Assembly (NCBI GenBank): GCA_964016885.1
Contig: OZ024756.1
Location: 21,266,001-21,330,000, forward strand
Length of the DNA stretch: 64,000 nt
Source of the DNA: Eledone cirrhosa
Lineage: Eukaryota
Reading direction: 5' to 3'
Shown here: piece by piece, positions 46,521 to 61,224 of the stretch
How the letters are laid out: each line of letters begins with the position of its first letter
Numbering within the stretch: the first letter of the stretch is position 1
The notes under the pieces: generated by a model
Databases searched by the model: none
Told to the model about the DNA's origin: nothing
The model's input: the letters and a program-made list of their open reading frames with translations, nothing else
Made by a program: the position numbers and the translations under genes

Positions 46521-46633
46521 TATATATATATATATATATGTGTATGTATGTGCGTGTGGTGATGTGGGTATGTATGTGTGTATGTATATGTATGTGTGTG
46601 TGTATATATATGTGTGTGTGTGTGCTTATATGA

Positions 46634-46684
<51 letters not shown>

Positions 46685-46685
<1 letters not shown>

Positions 46686-46872
46686 AGGAAAAGAGTCAGG
46701 ATCCCTACGGCTGAGCTCCAGTCGTTTGGACAGCTAGATCCGAACACTCTCGAAACGGCCGGACCTCAGCCATCGGGTTCCTGACTCTTTCCCTATTACC
46801 CACTCTACTACCCTAAGTATTGAGTACTCTGGTGCGTTATGGTCCACCTGGTATCTTACCACACCTTCTTTG

Positions 46873-46873
<1 letters not shown>
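46685..46873 (+). mobile_element. Family A fold-back element
   Basis: Inverted arm starting TAGGAAAAGAGTCAGG, a diverged return arm, and a tail with GTATTGAGTAC at 46817-46827. Confidence 0.75.
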
Positions 46874-46920
<47 letters not shown>

Positions 46921-46924
<4 letters not shown>

Positions 46925-47087
46925 ATACTTTGGGAGGGTCATGCTGCCAATAAAAACTCCCGCACCTGTTCGTTTTCACTTCAATTTATTATAAATTTCC
47001 GGTTGGTCGGTTGGTTCGATAACCGGGAGGTTGTTTATATATTGTCAAAGTTCTTTCATCACAGTCTGTGACCTCCTTAATGACTAG
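46921..47087 (-). mobile_element. Family H mini-element with decayed hammerhead (47044-47084)
   Basis: Minus strand reads GTCA-ttaagga-g-GTCA-cagactg-TGAT-GAAA-GAACTT-TGAC. The tail GGCAGCATGACCCTCCCAAAGTATAACA also occurs at about 56799 and 60283. Confidence 0.55.
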
Positions 47088-47149
47088 GTTTTTATATCCC
47101 TCCTTTGTTCTGTCCTACACCTATATATATATATATACATATATACATA

Positions 47150-47332
47150 TCGGTATGTGGATCACGGGTGGGTGAAAAGAGTACTCAATACCGAACTAGA
47201 TTTTTAAACATTTTATTATTAATAAAATGATTTATCAGAGGCTCACCAGACTAGAAGGTTCTTGTCTGATGACCCTGTGACAAACAGGCCAAACACCAGT
47301 GTAACAACACTCACTATTTAGTCTTAGTAAAA

Positions 47333-47335
<3 letters not shown>
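47150..47335 (-). mobile_element. Family C element: tail on minus strand, inverted hammerhead arm on plus strand (47262-47307)
   Basis: TTGT-CTGATGA-c-CCTG-tgacaaa-CAGG-c-CAAA-CAC-ca-GTG-TA-ACAA (G12 mutated). GTATTGAGTAC at 47181-47191 (-). Confidence 0.65.
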
Positions 47336-47374
<39 letters not shown>

Positions 47375-47422
47375 CACACACACATATATACACACACACA
47401 CACCCACACACACACACACACA

Positions 47423-47464
<42 letters not shown>

Positions 47465-47482
47465 CACACACATATACATATA

Positions 47483-47536
<54 letters not shown>

Positions 47537-47586
47537 CACACATATACATCTACATATATATATATATATACACACACATATACATC

Positions 47587-47632
<46 letters not shown>

Positions 47633-47650
47633 TATACATCTACATGTATA

Positions 47651-47706
<56 letters not shown>

Positions 47707-47714
47707 TATACATC

Positions 47715-47758
<44 letters not shown>

Positions 47759-47760
47759 TC

Positions 47761-47802
<42 letters not shown>

Positions 47803-47813
47803 TATACATCTAC

Positions 47814-47848
<35 letters not shown>

Positions 47849-47854
47849 TATACT

Positions 47855-47895
<41 letters not shown>

Positions 47896-47903
47896 TATAC
47901 ATC

Positions 47904-47970
<67 letters not shown>

Positions 47971-48020
47971 TCACATATACATCTACATATATATATATAT
48001 ACACACACATATACATCTAC

Positions 48021-48051
<31 letters not shown>

Positions 48052-48729
48052 TATACATCAACATATATATATACATACACACACGCATGTACAAATATAT
48101 ATATATACATACATATGTGTCGGCTTTCCATCACCACTGATAGCTTTGGAGATCCAGCGAATGTTAAAAATCATTTGCAATTTTACAACGTATGTATATT
48201 GTCACAAACAGCTTTCTTTATATACTCCAATTTAGTTGGAAGTGTATATTTTTTCCATTTTCTTCTTTCACTAGCTGTTTCAGTTCACTGGAATTACACA
48301 TTCACTAAGTATTACAGAATTCTCTGCAAGGAATGTTTCAGCACTTGAATATTTTAGTCTCGAGAAACCTAAACCTCGCACGTATTCACATACACGCACA
48401 CACGCAGGCATACACACACACACACATATATGCATACATACATACACACACACATGCACACACGCAGTCATACACACACACAGACATATATGCATACATA
48501 CATACACACATGCACACACGCAGGCATACCCACACATAGACATATATGCATACATACATACACACATGCACGCATGTATACGCACTCGTATCAATGGATG
48601 TTTTGAAAATTTATCTTTGTTTCCCTCTGTGTGTGTGTATGAATATATGAATTAAAGTATGTATGTATGAATGCATGTTTATGTATGTATGTATGTATGT
48701 ATGTATGTATGTATGTATGTATGTATATA

Positions 48730-48940
48730 TAGGAGTAAGTAAGACCCCGACGGCTGAGCTCAAGCCGTTTCGACGGCTAATTCTGTACTCAATTACTCAA
48801 TTCTGTACAGAATTAGCCGTCGAAACGGCTTGAGCTCAGCCGTCGGGGTCTTACTTACTCCTATTACCCACTCTACTACCCTAAGTATTGAGTACTTTGG
48901 TGCGTTATGGTCCACCTGGTTCCTTACCACTTTTCCCTCG

Positions 48941-48941
<1 letters not shown>
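48730..48941 (+). mobile_element. Family A fold-back element
   Basis: Inverted repeat 48730-48863. Tail has GTATTGAGTAC at 48885-48895. Flanked by TATG and TA repeats. Confidence 0.8.
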
Positions 48942-48978
<37 letters not shown>

Positions 48979-49110
48979 CAGTAAACAAGGTACTCAATAC
49001 ATAAGTGAGAAGAACAAAGATTTGATATAAAAAATGCATCTACAGGACTCAGAATGTCATATATATATATATATATATATTCGCCCTTGTTTTATTTTAT
49101 TACATATATA

Positions 49111-49290
49111 TGGATTGGCAGTATCGGTAGAGGGTCGGACGCCATGCTTTGCAGCATAGAGTTACGGCCCTTTACAGTATGAGTTCAATTCCTGCCGAGG
49201 TCAACTTTGCCTTTCATCCTCACGGGGTCGATAAAATAAAGTACCAGTAATGCACTGGGTAATTGCTGGCCTTGTGCCAAATGTAGAAAC

Positions 49291-49295
<5 letters not shown>
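49111..49295 (+). mobile_element. SINE family 1
   Basis: A and B boxes plus conserved body. Confidence 0.85.
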
Positions 49296-49333
<38 letters not shown>

Positions 49334-49659
49334 CGCATATGCTAACAAAGACGATAATTTACTCATTTCAGACGACGACTTTACATTGCTGATAGTTGTA
49401 CTTGTAATTGACTGGATTAGCTTTGCCTTTCAATCTTACGGCGTCGATAAATAAAACACCAGTAATGTACTGGGCCGATTAAATAGACCCACCCCCACCC
49501 ACCTCCAACAAAAAAAAATTGCGAGCCTTGTGCCTAAATCATTATTTTTATAAACATTGGAAATATGAACAGAGATTATAAATCAGTAAAGAATTCATTA
49601 AACCTACATAAAATGCTAAAACCATATGTCTGGATGGCGGCACTTCGTCAGTTACGAGG

Positions 49660-49815
49660 AAGATTGTTCCAGTTGATACGACGATCAACGAAAGCCTGTT
49701 CGTGAAATTAACGTGCAAGTGACTGAGCATTCTAGAGACACACCTACCGAGAATCGAACTTACAAGCTCACGATTGCAAAACCCGAAGCTCTTACCACTA
49801 AGTCATGCGCCTTCA
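49660..49815 (-). mobile_element. tRNA-derived SINE family 2 (head plus 3' part)
   Basis: Reverse complement GAAGGCGCATGACTTAGTGGTAAGAG...GTTCGATTC, homologous to 57547-57700 and 53095-53250. Confidence 0.65.
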
Positions 49816-50185
49816 TAAAACCAAATACATCAGACCGGTAAATGCCTAATGAAATACCGGAAACAGCTTGAATTTCGTTTATCAGAAATTTATTGGTTTG
49901 TCTCCGAATTGATTCAGTCAGGTTTCACCTTTGAAGCCCGTGAAACCTGTGGAATAATGTGAATGTAAATGTGAGACGAACTAAGGTTCAATTCAAATAT
50001 CATCATTGTGATTTTAAGCTATTTAGGGAATGTATGAATATATATAAACATGTGAGTACACACGTATATTTATTTATACGTGTGTATGCATATATGTATG
50101 TATGTCTGTCTGACTAATTGTCTGTATGTATGTATGTATGTATGTAATTGTTAACCTATCTGTATACTAACATACACACACACAC

Positions 50186-50219
<34 letters not shown>

Positions 50220-50504
50220 CGACACACACACACCGACACATACACACACACACACACACACACCGACATACACACACACACACACACCGACACACACACA
50301 CCGACACACACACACCGACACACACACACCGACACACACACACACACATTGAGATAGTACTATTCGAATACATCTAAGTTAACCAACGTATAATGTTGGT
50401 GTCTTTAATATTCTTTAAAACGTCTGAATGCACACGGCCGAGATTTTGTTTTTCCACACACACGCACGTACACACACACACACACTCACACACCGACACA
50501 AACA

Positions 50505-50535
<31 letters not shown>

Positions 50536-50882
50536 CGACACAAACACACACTATATATATGTGTGTGTATGGGGGAGAGGGATAGTGTAGTAGCGAGAGT
50601 GAGTGAGAGAGAAATATGTAGTGCGTTTGTGCGGAGCAAAGGTCATAACTCGTCGGCCATAATCCATCCACCCATCCATCAATCCATCAATCCAAGTCAT
50701 CCATCATTCATGAATGAATAAGTAAAAGCTTCGTTTTCAGCCCTATTTTCGCTCTCTGCTTCAACATGTCAGAGGTGAAACTAGAAATTTAGGAAATTTC
50801 GTCGAAGCCTTTCAGCTATAAAAAATGTAATTTCCTTTTGGTTTAATTGCTGAAGTATCATGACAGAATTCCTGTGTGTATA

Positions 50883-50928
<46 letters not shown>

Positions 50929-51542
50929 GTTGTTTACTTTATTTTATATATTTTATCATGTCATGGCTGTGTGGTATCGTTGGTGTTGCTGGTCCTTAGG
51001 GAAACCACCATTACACTCGTATGATGTTCCATACAGCTACCTGATCACTAAATCAGTTTTAAATATCTCAGTACTTCCTCATATATTTTCTTGTCTTCTT
51101 TCTCTTTCTTTAAGTTTCTTTCATTGTCGTCGGGGCTGTTCAAGAATTTATTACCGTATTTATATATATGTTTTTTCTTTTAGACATGGCTGTTTAGTTA
51201 AGGAGTTTGCTTCGTAATTACTTAGTTTTTGGTTACACTCACGACACGGCACTTTGGGCAAATGCCTTCTATATCCGTGGGTTAACCAAACCATTGTGTG
51301 GAGATTGGTAGACTGTAACTGCATAACTTCCATTATGATTGGATTACTATGTTGAATATTGGTTTAACTAGTCTTAACTTGTAATACTCTTATATATATA
51401 TAAGCATGGATTATATCCATCACTGGAAAAATGTATGCTATAGTAGAATCGGGGGGAGTTTTGAACGTCAATATAAGGAGTTGTAACTGAATATATTCTG
51501 GTATTTAGTGCAGCAGTTAACCGATCCTGCCAAAGTTTCATT

Positions 51543-51811
51543 ATGCACTGGGTAATTGCTGGCCTTGTGCCTAAAGTAGAAACAATTATTAATAGTGGTT
51601 TCTTATATAGGCACAAGGCCAGCAATTTTGAAGGGAGGGGAAAGTCGATTAAATCGATCCCAGTGCGTGACTGGTACTTTATTTTATCGACTCCGTAAGG
51701 ATGAAAGGCAAAGTTAACCTCGGCGGGATTCGAACTCAGATCATAATTGCCTTCACTCTCTGCTGCAAAGCATGGCGTCCGACCCTCTACCGATACTGCC
51801 AATCCACCGCC
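51543..51811 (-). mobile_element. SINE family 1 (minus) abutting an opposite-strand SINE 3' end
   Basis: Plus-strand tail at 51543-51590, then a full minus-strand copy to 51811. Confidence 0.8.
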
Positions 51812-52602
51812 CTTAGTTTCAGTATTAATATTAGTAGTAAAAATACACATAAAAATGTAAAAATAAACAAAAACCAATAAATGAAATAGTTCTTTTTTTT
51901 TTTTTCGAAATATTTCTGGCTCAGCAAAACAGAATTTTAATAGAAGACCTGTTTTCTTAAATTGTGCTTAAGAAACAAATTAGTCTTATCTTAGGTTATC
52001 TGAACAAAACGTGAACTCACGCACATGAATAGATATCTTGTGACATTTTTTTCATTCTCTTCGTATTTTGCCTGTAAAATAAAAAATATGTGGCCTCGTG
52101 CCTTCGTTTATCGACATTCCTCGACTCCCAAATTGCTTACCTTGTGACTATGTCAGAAATAATTATTATTAGTAGTATTCTCTTTCCTTCCAATATGCGT
52201 TTGGTAAATATATATATGCTGTGTTGGTGTGTGAGTTTAATGAAGCGTTGCTGACAAAAGATTATTCCGGAGTTGCCTGAGATGTAGGCTTAACTGCCTG
52301 TATCTTGAATATATTTCTAATGGACTTTTAACTCGATAATAACAGAGGGGTTTGGACGGGTGAATTTATAAAATAAAATATCGTTACATTCCTTTCATGC
52401 TTCATACTAATGTCCTAATGGTCGCCAAGATGGCGACAATGCAGGATTTGGAATTTAATTACAAAAAACAAAAACAACAACCTATATAACGAAACAAGAT
52501 AAAATGAAAAAAGAAAAAAAAACTATGCGAAAATATATCCCCAAAGTATTGTAAAAAAATAGGATATATATGTGTGTGTGCATGTATATATATATATTTA
52601 TA

Positions 52603-52655
<53 letters not shown>

Positions 52656-52993
52656 CCACGTGTGCTGATGCCCATCTTTTTCCGTTAAATCTTCTAATTC
52701 AATATATATATATACACACATACATATATGTACATTCTCTCTCTCTCTCTCTCACACATATATATATATATACACACATTCACAGAAACACATATATATA
52801 TACATATAGATAAGTGTATATGTATGTATGTGTGTGTGTATATATATATATATATGTGTGTGTGTATATATGTGTTTGTATATATATGTGTGTGCGTATA
52901 TATATGTTTGTGTATATATATATATATATGTTTGTATGTGTATGTATGTATGTATGTATGTATGTGTCTCTGTATATATTATTATTGCATTGA

Positions 52994-53075
52994 CTTCTAC
53001 ATGACTAGAACTGTTTCATTCATAAGATATTATCAGAATGAAACAGTTCTAGTCCTGTAGAAACAATTTCTATAA
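52994..53075 (+). mobile_element. Family B fold-back (hairpin centred in ribozyme stem II)
   Basis: TTCTACATGACTAGAACTGTTTCATTC-14nt-GAATGAAACAGTTCTAGTCCTGTAGAA. Confidence 0.7.
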
Positions 53076-53094
53076 TAAAATCAATATACTTACG

Positions 53095-53250
53095 TTTTAC
53101 GAACGTATTAACTAACGTTGCAACTCATTTGTACAGCTGAGTAAACTGTAGTAACGTTAAATACAGTGTTTTGCTGAAGAAGACAACACATTACCTGGCC
53201 CGGGGATCGAACTCACGAAGTCGTGATTGCAAGCCCAACGCTCTAACCCA
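53095..53250 (-). mobile_element. SINE family 2
   Basis: Reverse complement GGTTAGAGCGTTGGGCTTGCAATC...GAGTTCGATCCCCGGGCC is a tRNA-like head. Confidence 0.7.
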
Positions 53251-53582
53251 TAGTTTGTATATGTATCACGTGATAATTTCTCCCTCCCGAGAATTATTCA
53301 TTAGTGACGGGCGGGTCAAGAAATAGTCCACTAAATTGAGGGGTCTCTTGATAAGCCTTCAAACTCACAGTGATGGCGCACTTTTCTGTTGCATAGTTGC
53401 ATAGTTACTGCAATCCAGTTGACGAAACTGCAGTCGGGACTTTGTAGAGAAAATAGGTATATTATATATACATGTGTGTGTGTGTGTGTGTGTGTGTAAA
53501 AGGTAAGCAGACATAACAACTCAATCGGTACAGTTTATGGAAGGCATATATTAGGTTAACGCTTGAAATGGCAAGAAGAGCG

Positions 53583-53618
53583 TCTTAACGTTTCGGAGGC
53601 TAGTCTTTCATCAGGAGA
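53583..53618 (-). ncRNA. Minimal hammerhead (family F; element 53501-53676)
   Basis: Minus strand reads TCTC-CTGATGA-aagactagcctcc-GAAA-CG-TT-AAGA. Stems I and II each have one mismatch relative to 37431. Confidence 0.55.
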
Positions 53619-53871
53619 AAGAATGAGAAATTAAATAGATTGAAGGGACGGGTGGGGTGGAATTGGAAAACAATGTCTATATGTATGTGTGTGTGCGTGC
53701 GAGGAAATGATAGACAAAATATAAATATACACACACATATATATATACACACACATATATATATCAGTGTATAAGCGTTTGTGCACGTACGTATGAGTAT
53801 TCTCAGATCCAATAATTGAACGGGAAAATGTTGGATTTGGTGTACATGGTATCAACAGGCGGATAAATAAA

Positions 53872-53986
53872 ATAATTGTTTCTACTTTAGGCACAAGGCC
53901 AGCAATTACCCAGTGCATTACTGGTACTTTATTTTATCGACCCCGTAAGGATGAAAGGCAAAGTCAACCTCGGCGGGATTTGAACT
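53872..53986 (-). mobile_element. SINE family 1 (5'-truncated)
   Basis: Conserved body. Confidence 0.8.
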
Positions 53987-54059
53987 GGACATTATAAATC
54001 TGTAGAATATAGACAGGAAAGTACATTAGACATAAACATACATATACACACGCACATTA

Positions 54060-54060
54060 A

Positions 54061-54093
<33 letters not shown>

Positions 54094-56600
54094 AATATAT
54101 ATGTATATACAGTATATGTATATATGTGTGTATATATATATACGCATGTATATGTGTATATATATATGTATATACAGTATATGTCTATATGTGTGTATAT
54201 ATATACGTATGTGTATGTGTATATATATATGTGTATGTGTATATATATATGTGTATGTGTATATATATATACGTATGTGTATGTGTATATATATATACGT
54301 ATGTGTATGTGTATATATATATATACGTATGTGTATGTGTATATATATATATACGTATGTGTATGTGTATATATATATATACGTATGTGTATGTGTATAT
54401 ATATATACGTATGTGTATGTGTATATATATATATACGTATGTGTATGTGTATATATATATATACGTATGTGTATGTGTATATATATATATATACGTATGT
54501 GTATGTGTATATATATATATATATACGTATGTATATGTGTATATATATATATACGTATGTATATGTGTATATATATATATACGTATGTATATGTGTATAT
54601 ATATATATACGTATGTATATGTGTATATATATATACGTATGTATATGTGTATATATATATACGTATGTATATGTGTATATATATATACGTATGTATATGT
54701 GTATATATATATACGTATGTATATGTGTATATATATATACGTATGTATATGTGTATATATATATATACGTATGTATATGTGTATATATATATACGTATGT
54801 ATATGTGTATATATATATACGTATGTATATGTGTATATATATATACGTATGTATATGTGTATATATATATACGTATGTATATGTGTATATATATATATAC
54901 GTATGTATATGTGTATATATATATACGTATGTATATGTGTATATATATATACGTATGTATATGTGTATATATATATACGTATGTATATGTGTATATATAT
55001 ATACGTATGTATATGTGTATATATATATACGTATGTATATGTGTGTATATATACGTATGTATATGTGCATATATATATACGTATGTATATGTGTATATAT
55101 ATATACGTATGTATATGTGCATATATATATACGTATGTATATGTGCATATATATATACGTATGTATATGTGTATATATATATACGTATGTATATGTGTAT
55201 ATATATATATATACGTATGTATATGTGTATATATATATATATACGTATGTATATGTATATATGTGTATATATATATGTATGTATGTGTATGTATATGTGT
55301 ATGTATGTGTATATATATATGTATGTATGAGTATGTATATATGTATGTATGTGTATGTATATATGTGTATGTATATATATATGTATATATGTGTATGTAT
55401 ATATATATGTATATATGTGTATGTATATATATATGTATATATGTGTATGTATATATATATGTGTATGTGTATATATATATATGTGTATGTGTATATATAT
55501 ATATATATGTGTATGTGTATATATATATATATATGTGTATGTGTATATATATATATATATGTGTATATATGTGTATGTATATATATATGTATATATGTGT
55601 ATGTATATATATATGTATATATGTGTATGTATATATATATGTATATATGTGTATGTATATATATATGTATATATGTGTATGTATATATATATGTATATAT
55701 GTGTATGTATATATATATGTATATATGTGTATGTATATATATATGTGTATGTATATATATATATATGTATATATGTGTATGTATATATATATATATGTAT
55801 ATATGTGTATGTATATATGTGTATGTATATATATATGTGTATGTATATATATATGTATATATATATGTGTATATATATATGTATATATGTGTATATATAT
55901 ATATGTATATATGTGTATGTATATATATATGTATATATGTGTACGTATATATGTATATATATATATGTGTATATATATATATGTGTATGTATATATGTGT
56001 ATGTATATATATATATGTGTATGTATATATATATATGTATATATGTGTATGTATATATGTGTATGTATATATATGTGTATGTATATATGTGTATGTATAT
56101 ATATGTGTATGTATATATGTATATATATGTATATATATATATATATATATGTGTATGTATATATATGTATATATGTGTATGTATATATATGTATATATGT
56201 GTGTGTATGTATATATATATATGTATATATGTGTATGTATATATATATATGTATATATGTGTATGTATATATATATATGTATATATGTGTATGTATATAT
56301 ATATATGTATATATGTGTATGTATATATATATGTATATATGTGTATGTATATATATATATGTATATATATGTATATATGTGTATATGTATATATGTGTAT
56401 GTATATATATATATGTATATATGTGTATATATATATATGTATATATGTGTATGTATATATATGTATATATGTGTATGTATATATATATGTGCGTATGTTT
56501 CAGTATGTATGTGCGTGTGTTAGAGTATATATATATCTGTGTGTGCTTGTGTTAGACTATGTATGTGTGTGTGTATGTGTATATATATGTATGTGTGTGT
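54060..56600. repeat. Minisatellite: ~22-26-bp ACGTATGT(G/A)TATGTG(TA)n units to ~55250, then a TATGTG/TA array
   Basis: Direct observation. Confidence 0.95.
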
Positions 56601-56824
56601 GTGTGGGAACGTGTGGGTGTATGAATAGAGATGATAGATAGATATATAGATGGAAATGGTGGATATATATGACACGGTGAGTCGTAGAGAAAGAAAGAGG
56701 AGTAGTTTTAATTAACACGGTAGAAAGGTTAACAAAATACAGAACCAGGAAACATTTCTACAAACACTCACACACTCATATGCGTATATATATATATGTG
56801 TTATACTTTGGGAGGGTCATGTTG

Positions 56825-56870
<46 letters not shown>

Positions 56871-56901
56871 GTGACGAAGCAGAACTCATAATCCTTTATT
56901 T

Positions 56902-56957
56902 ACTGTTATATATATTTCGATGATAGCCATTGAATGGCTATGACCTCATCAGGCAGT
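56902..56957 (-). ncRNA. Type I hammerhead motif
   Basis: Minus strand reads ACTGC-CTGATGA-ggtcaTAGCCAT-tca-ATGGCTAtcatc-GAAA-TATATA-TA-ACAGT, followed by AATAAA. One mismatch at the base of stem I. Confidence 0.65.
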
Positions 56958-57031
56958 TAGTCAGTTCTTAGATATGCCAGCTCTGTGTTTATGGTGTTGA
57001 TGGTATCAGAGCCTTGGGTCATATATGTATA

Positions 57032-57068
<37 letters not shown>

Positions 57069-57150
57069 TGTGCATATGTATGTCCTTCTTCATGTGCGAG
57101 CGTTTATTCCAAATAACATATGCTGCTCTATCTATTCCAAATATACATCA

Positions 57151-57214
<64 letters not shown>

Positions 57215-57257
57215 ACCAACGCACACCAACACACACCAACACACACCTGCACACACC

Positions 57258-57299
<42 letters not shown>

Positions 57300-57390
57300 A
57301 ACACACACCAACACACACACACTTAATCTTGTGGAGTTTAATTCTCCTCCGGACTGAGCACCATCGATTTCTTCCAGAGGTTAAAAAAAC

Positions 57391-57476
<86 letters not shown>

Positions 57477-57546
57477 AGAGTGAGATGTTGTAAACGAGAG
57501 TCGAAGAGAATCGGCACCCAATACTGATCTTGTAAGAGGTAACTGT

Positions 57547-57700
57547 GAAGGCACATAGCTCATTGGTTAGTGCATTGGGCTTACAATCGTGTGGTTGTGA
57601 GTTCGATTCCCGGACCGGGTGCTGGTTCGTGTCCTTGACACACACACACTTTATTTCACGTTGTTCAAATTCACACAGCTTTAGAAATGAGCTGAGATGT
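57547..57700 (+). mobile_element. SINE family 2
   Basis: GAAGGCACATAGCTCATTGGTTAGTGC...GAGTTCGATTCCCGG, with A and B boxes. Confidence 0.7.
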
Positions 57701-58891
57701 CACTGATAACAGTGACATCTGAATGCATAGGCGACTGCTGGTCTGTCACAAACAACCTTACTCGAATATTTGCCTCGGGGGGGGGGGGGGGGGGGGGGGG
57801 GCAACTTTCTAGGTGCAAATCTCATGATTATTCGTGACCGAATTCGTACCCTTTTACGATATAATAGACAGAAAAATTGGCCTTCGTCGGATTTGAACTT
57901 GGAGCCAATAACGCAGTTGCATTCGATCCAACGGTCAAATGACTGCGCCAACCCATTGTCTTTATATATTTACGATCGATAAAGTTATCAAATATTTTAC
58001 CCTAGTTAGGACATAGTTGCATAGTGATAGAGTTTCTTTACATCATCGTTCAATCGTTAGTTCGTATTCCTCCGTCAGCTTCGGGCATTATCGTTGACTC
58101 CAGCGAATCAAAAACAACCATACTCTATTATTTGTCTGTCTGCCTGTCTCTCTCTCTCTTTCTCTCTCGCTATGTATATATAATACGTTATATTTTTTTT
58201 TTACCAAATTGTTTAATATGTATAAATATAAGAAGCAATCTTCTCCTTATGTATAAATATATATAATTCATTACTAACTATTTATAAAATTACACGCTCA
58301 CACACATATATTGTGTGTCGTTTTATTTGTACTTTTCTATCCAAAACACGATATAAAAAGAAAAATTAAACACCATCTTTAGACAATTATATATTCCAAC
58401 GTAAAAAAAAAAAAGATTTCTGCTAGTTTTCTACTAGAGTGATGGAAACCTTATGTTTAAAGGAAAACTGTTTTTGCATCTTCGGATTAACTTTCATTCG
58501 CATTAAAAAAAAAAAAAAATTCTCTGCCATTATGCTGTTTTATTTATATTTATATTTTATGTTTATATTTATATTATATTCTTTTTTAAATTCTTCTATT
58601 GTCCATTATTTGTCGAATTAATTTTCTTCAATTTAAAATAAGAATATTTATGTGAAAATCTACGGCAGCAGAAATTTAGGGGGAAAAAAATACCCAAACA
58701 TTATTATAGTAACACAAATACTGAGAGACTAAAACAAACTTTAAACCTATTTCATTATTTGAAATACAAATATAACTATTCTCAGTTGTTTATATATGTG
58801 TCTTGTTTCAGGATTTAGATCTATTTTAAATTCTCTCTTTCAATGACGCTCTGTCTCTCCCCATTTCTCTCTCTCTGTTTGTACATATACC

Positions 58892-58992
<101 letters not shown>

Positions 58993-59689
58993 TGTGTGTA
59001 TGTATGTGTGTGTGTTTGTGTGTGTATATGTGTGTGTGTGTATTTGTGTGTATGTATATTTGCGTGTTTATATATATGTATATTTGTATGTATATGCCTG
59101 CATATATTTGCGTGTGTATATACGTGTATATATGTGTGTGTGTGTGGAGAGAGAGAGAGAGATAAAAGAGTTTGAGTAACCTCAATAAAGCAAGTCGGAG
59201 AAACAAATTAATGAAAAAGATAAATAAATAGAAGTGAAACAAAACAAGATGCTTTTAGTTTTCTTTTGATTAAAATATTTCAGCTTTAAATAACACTTAT
59301 CAAGAGAAAATGGAACTTGAGCTTGAGTCCGATCTATAAAGATATCTGAGGAAGGTGGGATGTGATATGGGCCGAAAGAAGTAGCACCGCACATTAGCTG
59401 CAATTTGCAAATGCCAATATAACGACCATCCATCTCAATACAACTATTGCGATTAGTCAATTACTTGGTTCCTGATTGCTTCGAAAATCCCAAAACACGA
59501 ATTTGTGAAGAAAAAAATTATTTAAATTTAAAATTTTTTTTTTTGCAGATTAATATCAAGGCCGGACTTCCACCTGCTCAGGCCCGAAGCTATATGGGAT
59601 TTGAGGCCCTTCTCTTAAAACAATTCCGGTAAATAATTAAAAATGATTATTATTACTTTTATATGAAGGTTAATGATAAAGAATATATA

Positions 59690-60038
59690 CAGTTTACCCT
59701 TGGCATTCGGATTCCCGGCACTCGCGGTCCCGGTTATTCGCAGAATTTTCCTTAGAGAACCTAACTGATAATTGTTCGTGGAAACCATCGTATGTTTGCG
59801 GAATCGTAAATATCTTCCGTGAATTTTTAATGGCTTTTTTCGTGGCAATATATATTTTTTCACGCTTTTTAACACTAAATTATTAATAACAATATACCGT
59901 ATAAGCCGGCCTATATTTTACATTATGTTTTGACGTTTATAGGTATTTTTAAGGACCACGTCCAATATTCGCGGTTTTTCACTCTTCGCAGGTGCTCTAG
60001 GAACGTAACACCGGCGAATACAGGGGGGGGGGGAACTG
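59690..60038. mobile_element. Tigger/pogo-like MITE
   Basis: TA|CAGTTTACCCT ... GGGGAACTG|TA termini with TA TSD, and internal TTCGCGG subterminal motifs. Confidence 0.65.
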
Positions 60039-60282
60039 TATATATATATATATATTCATTTTATTAAGGGTCTTGTTACTTGGGACTTTCGCCAGATGAA
60101 CAGGACTTACAGTAACAAGACTTACTATTTAGCCTTAATAACACGAAGATTAAAACTCTATTCCGTTTTTTTTCTCAGTATTCTTTTCTTTCAGCCGTCA
60201 TCGACATACGGATATATATTTACTTCACTTTTGTATTTGTTTTGCATGATTTTTATCTGAAAACGTGTGTTCAAACAGCTAT

Positions 60283-60425
60283 TGTTATACTTTGGGATTG
60301 TCATGTTGCCAACAAAATCTTGTAATCAAGATGGTAGAAGACAGAACAAAGGAGAGGCACAAAATAACAACAACAGACTTCACTGAAGAGGTCACAAAAT
60401 GTATGACGAAAGAGCCTCGACATAT
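60283..60425 (-). mobile_element. Family H element: tail on minus strand, inverted hammerhead arm on plus strand (60379-60421)
   Basis: TTCA-CTGAAGA-g-GTCA-caaaatgta-TGAC-GAAA-GAGCCTC-GAC. Tail TGTTATACTTTGGG. Confidence 0.55.
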
Positions 60426-60449
60426 ATTTATGTAATGTACATATTTAAT

Positions 60450-60635
60450 GTCCCCATTGGTGCTTTGGAAACCACAAACAGTCACTAATAACAGGGGGCG
60501 CAAGGTCTCCTATCCCGATGTCATATCCAGAGATTCTGGTATTGAAATCCAGGACTTGGCAACAGCAAAGAACGACAAACCCACGTGGAGATCAATTGTT
60601 GAGTCTATTTCGGCTGAGGCCGACGGATGATAATG

Positions 60636-60640
<5 letters not shown>
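60450..60640 (+). mobile_element. RTE LINE extreme 3' fragment
   Basis: LVLWKPQTVTNNRGRKVSYPDVISRDSGIEIQDLATAKNDKPTWRSIV, followed by a TGATAATGAT tail. Confidence 0.65.
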
Positions 60641-60675
<35 letters not shown>

Positions 60676-61224
60676 CACATGTTATATATATATATATATA
60701 TACATTTTGATGATTTAGTGTTAAAGAATAAAAACTAATGATAAAATAAAATATATTCTAAAAATGAGTCCCCAAGGGTGTGTGGCCCCAAGCTATAACT
60801 TATTTAGCTTATGGGTATGCCCAGTACTGATTAATACGCTACTTGTTGCGATGGGGGACAATCAGTTTCGATATTTATATAATATATTTATATTATATAC
60901 CTTATACAAATTAAGTTGACACCAGATGTGTTAAATGAAACTGCTTGGCCGAATTCGATGTGTAGCTGCTTCTGTGTATATGGTTATGTATCTGTGTCTA
61001 TATATGTTTGCCGCTGGTTGTAATTGTGTAAATATGTGTATGTATATCTGTGTGTGTATATCTGTCTTTTGGGATCTCTGTATATGTTTATATATGTGTG
61101 TATGTATACATATGTGTGTGTGTGTGTGTATGTCTGACATGACCCCAATCTATCATATCTGACAGTAACATTTTATTATTACACTGTCACTTTTCTGTCT
61201 TAACGAATTAACTTTCCTGTGTCC

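Noticed and set aside
57695-57720. AGATGTCACTG-ataa-CAGTGACATCT hairpin
   Set aside because: A single 11-bp stem at the end of a SINE, with no supporting context.
57777-57802. Poly-G runs (also 26329-26350, 12703-12722 and 60023-60033) as G-quadruplex elements
   Set aside because: Simple homopolymers, mostly within repeats, with no evidence of function.
59558-60829. Possible hAT ends (CAAGGCCGGAC ... CCCAGTACTG) enclosing nested inserts
   Set aside because: The TIR match is poor and no TSD was identified.
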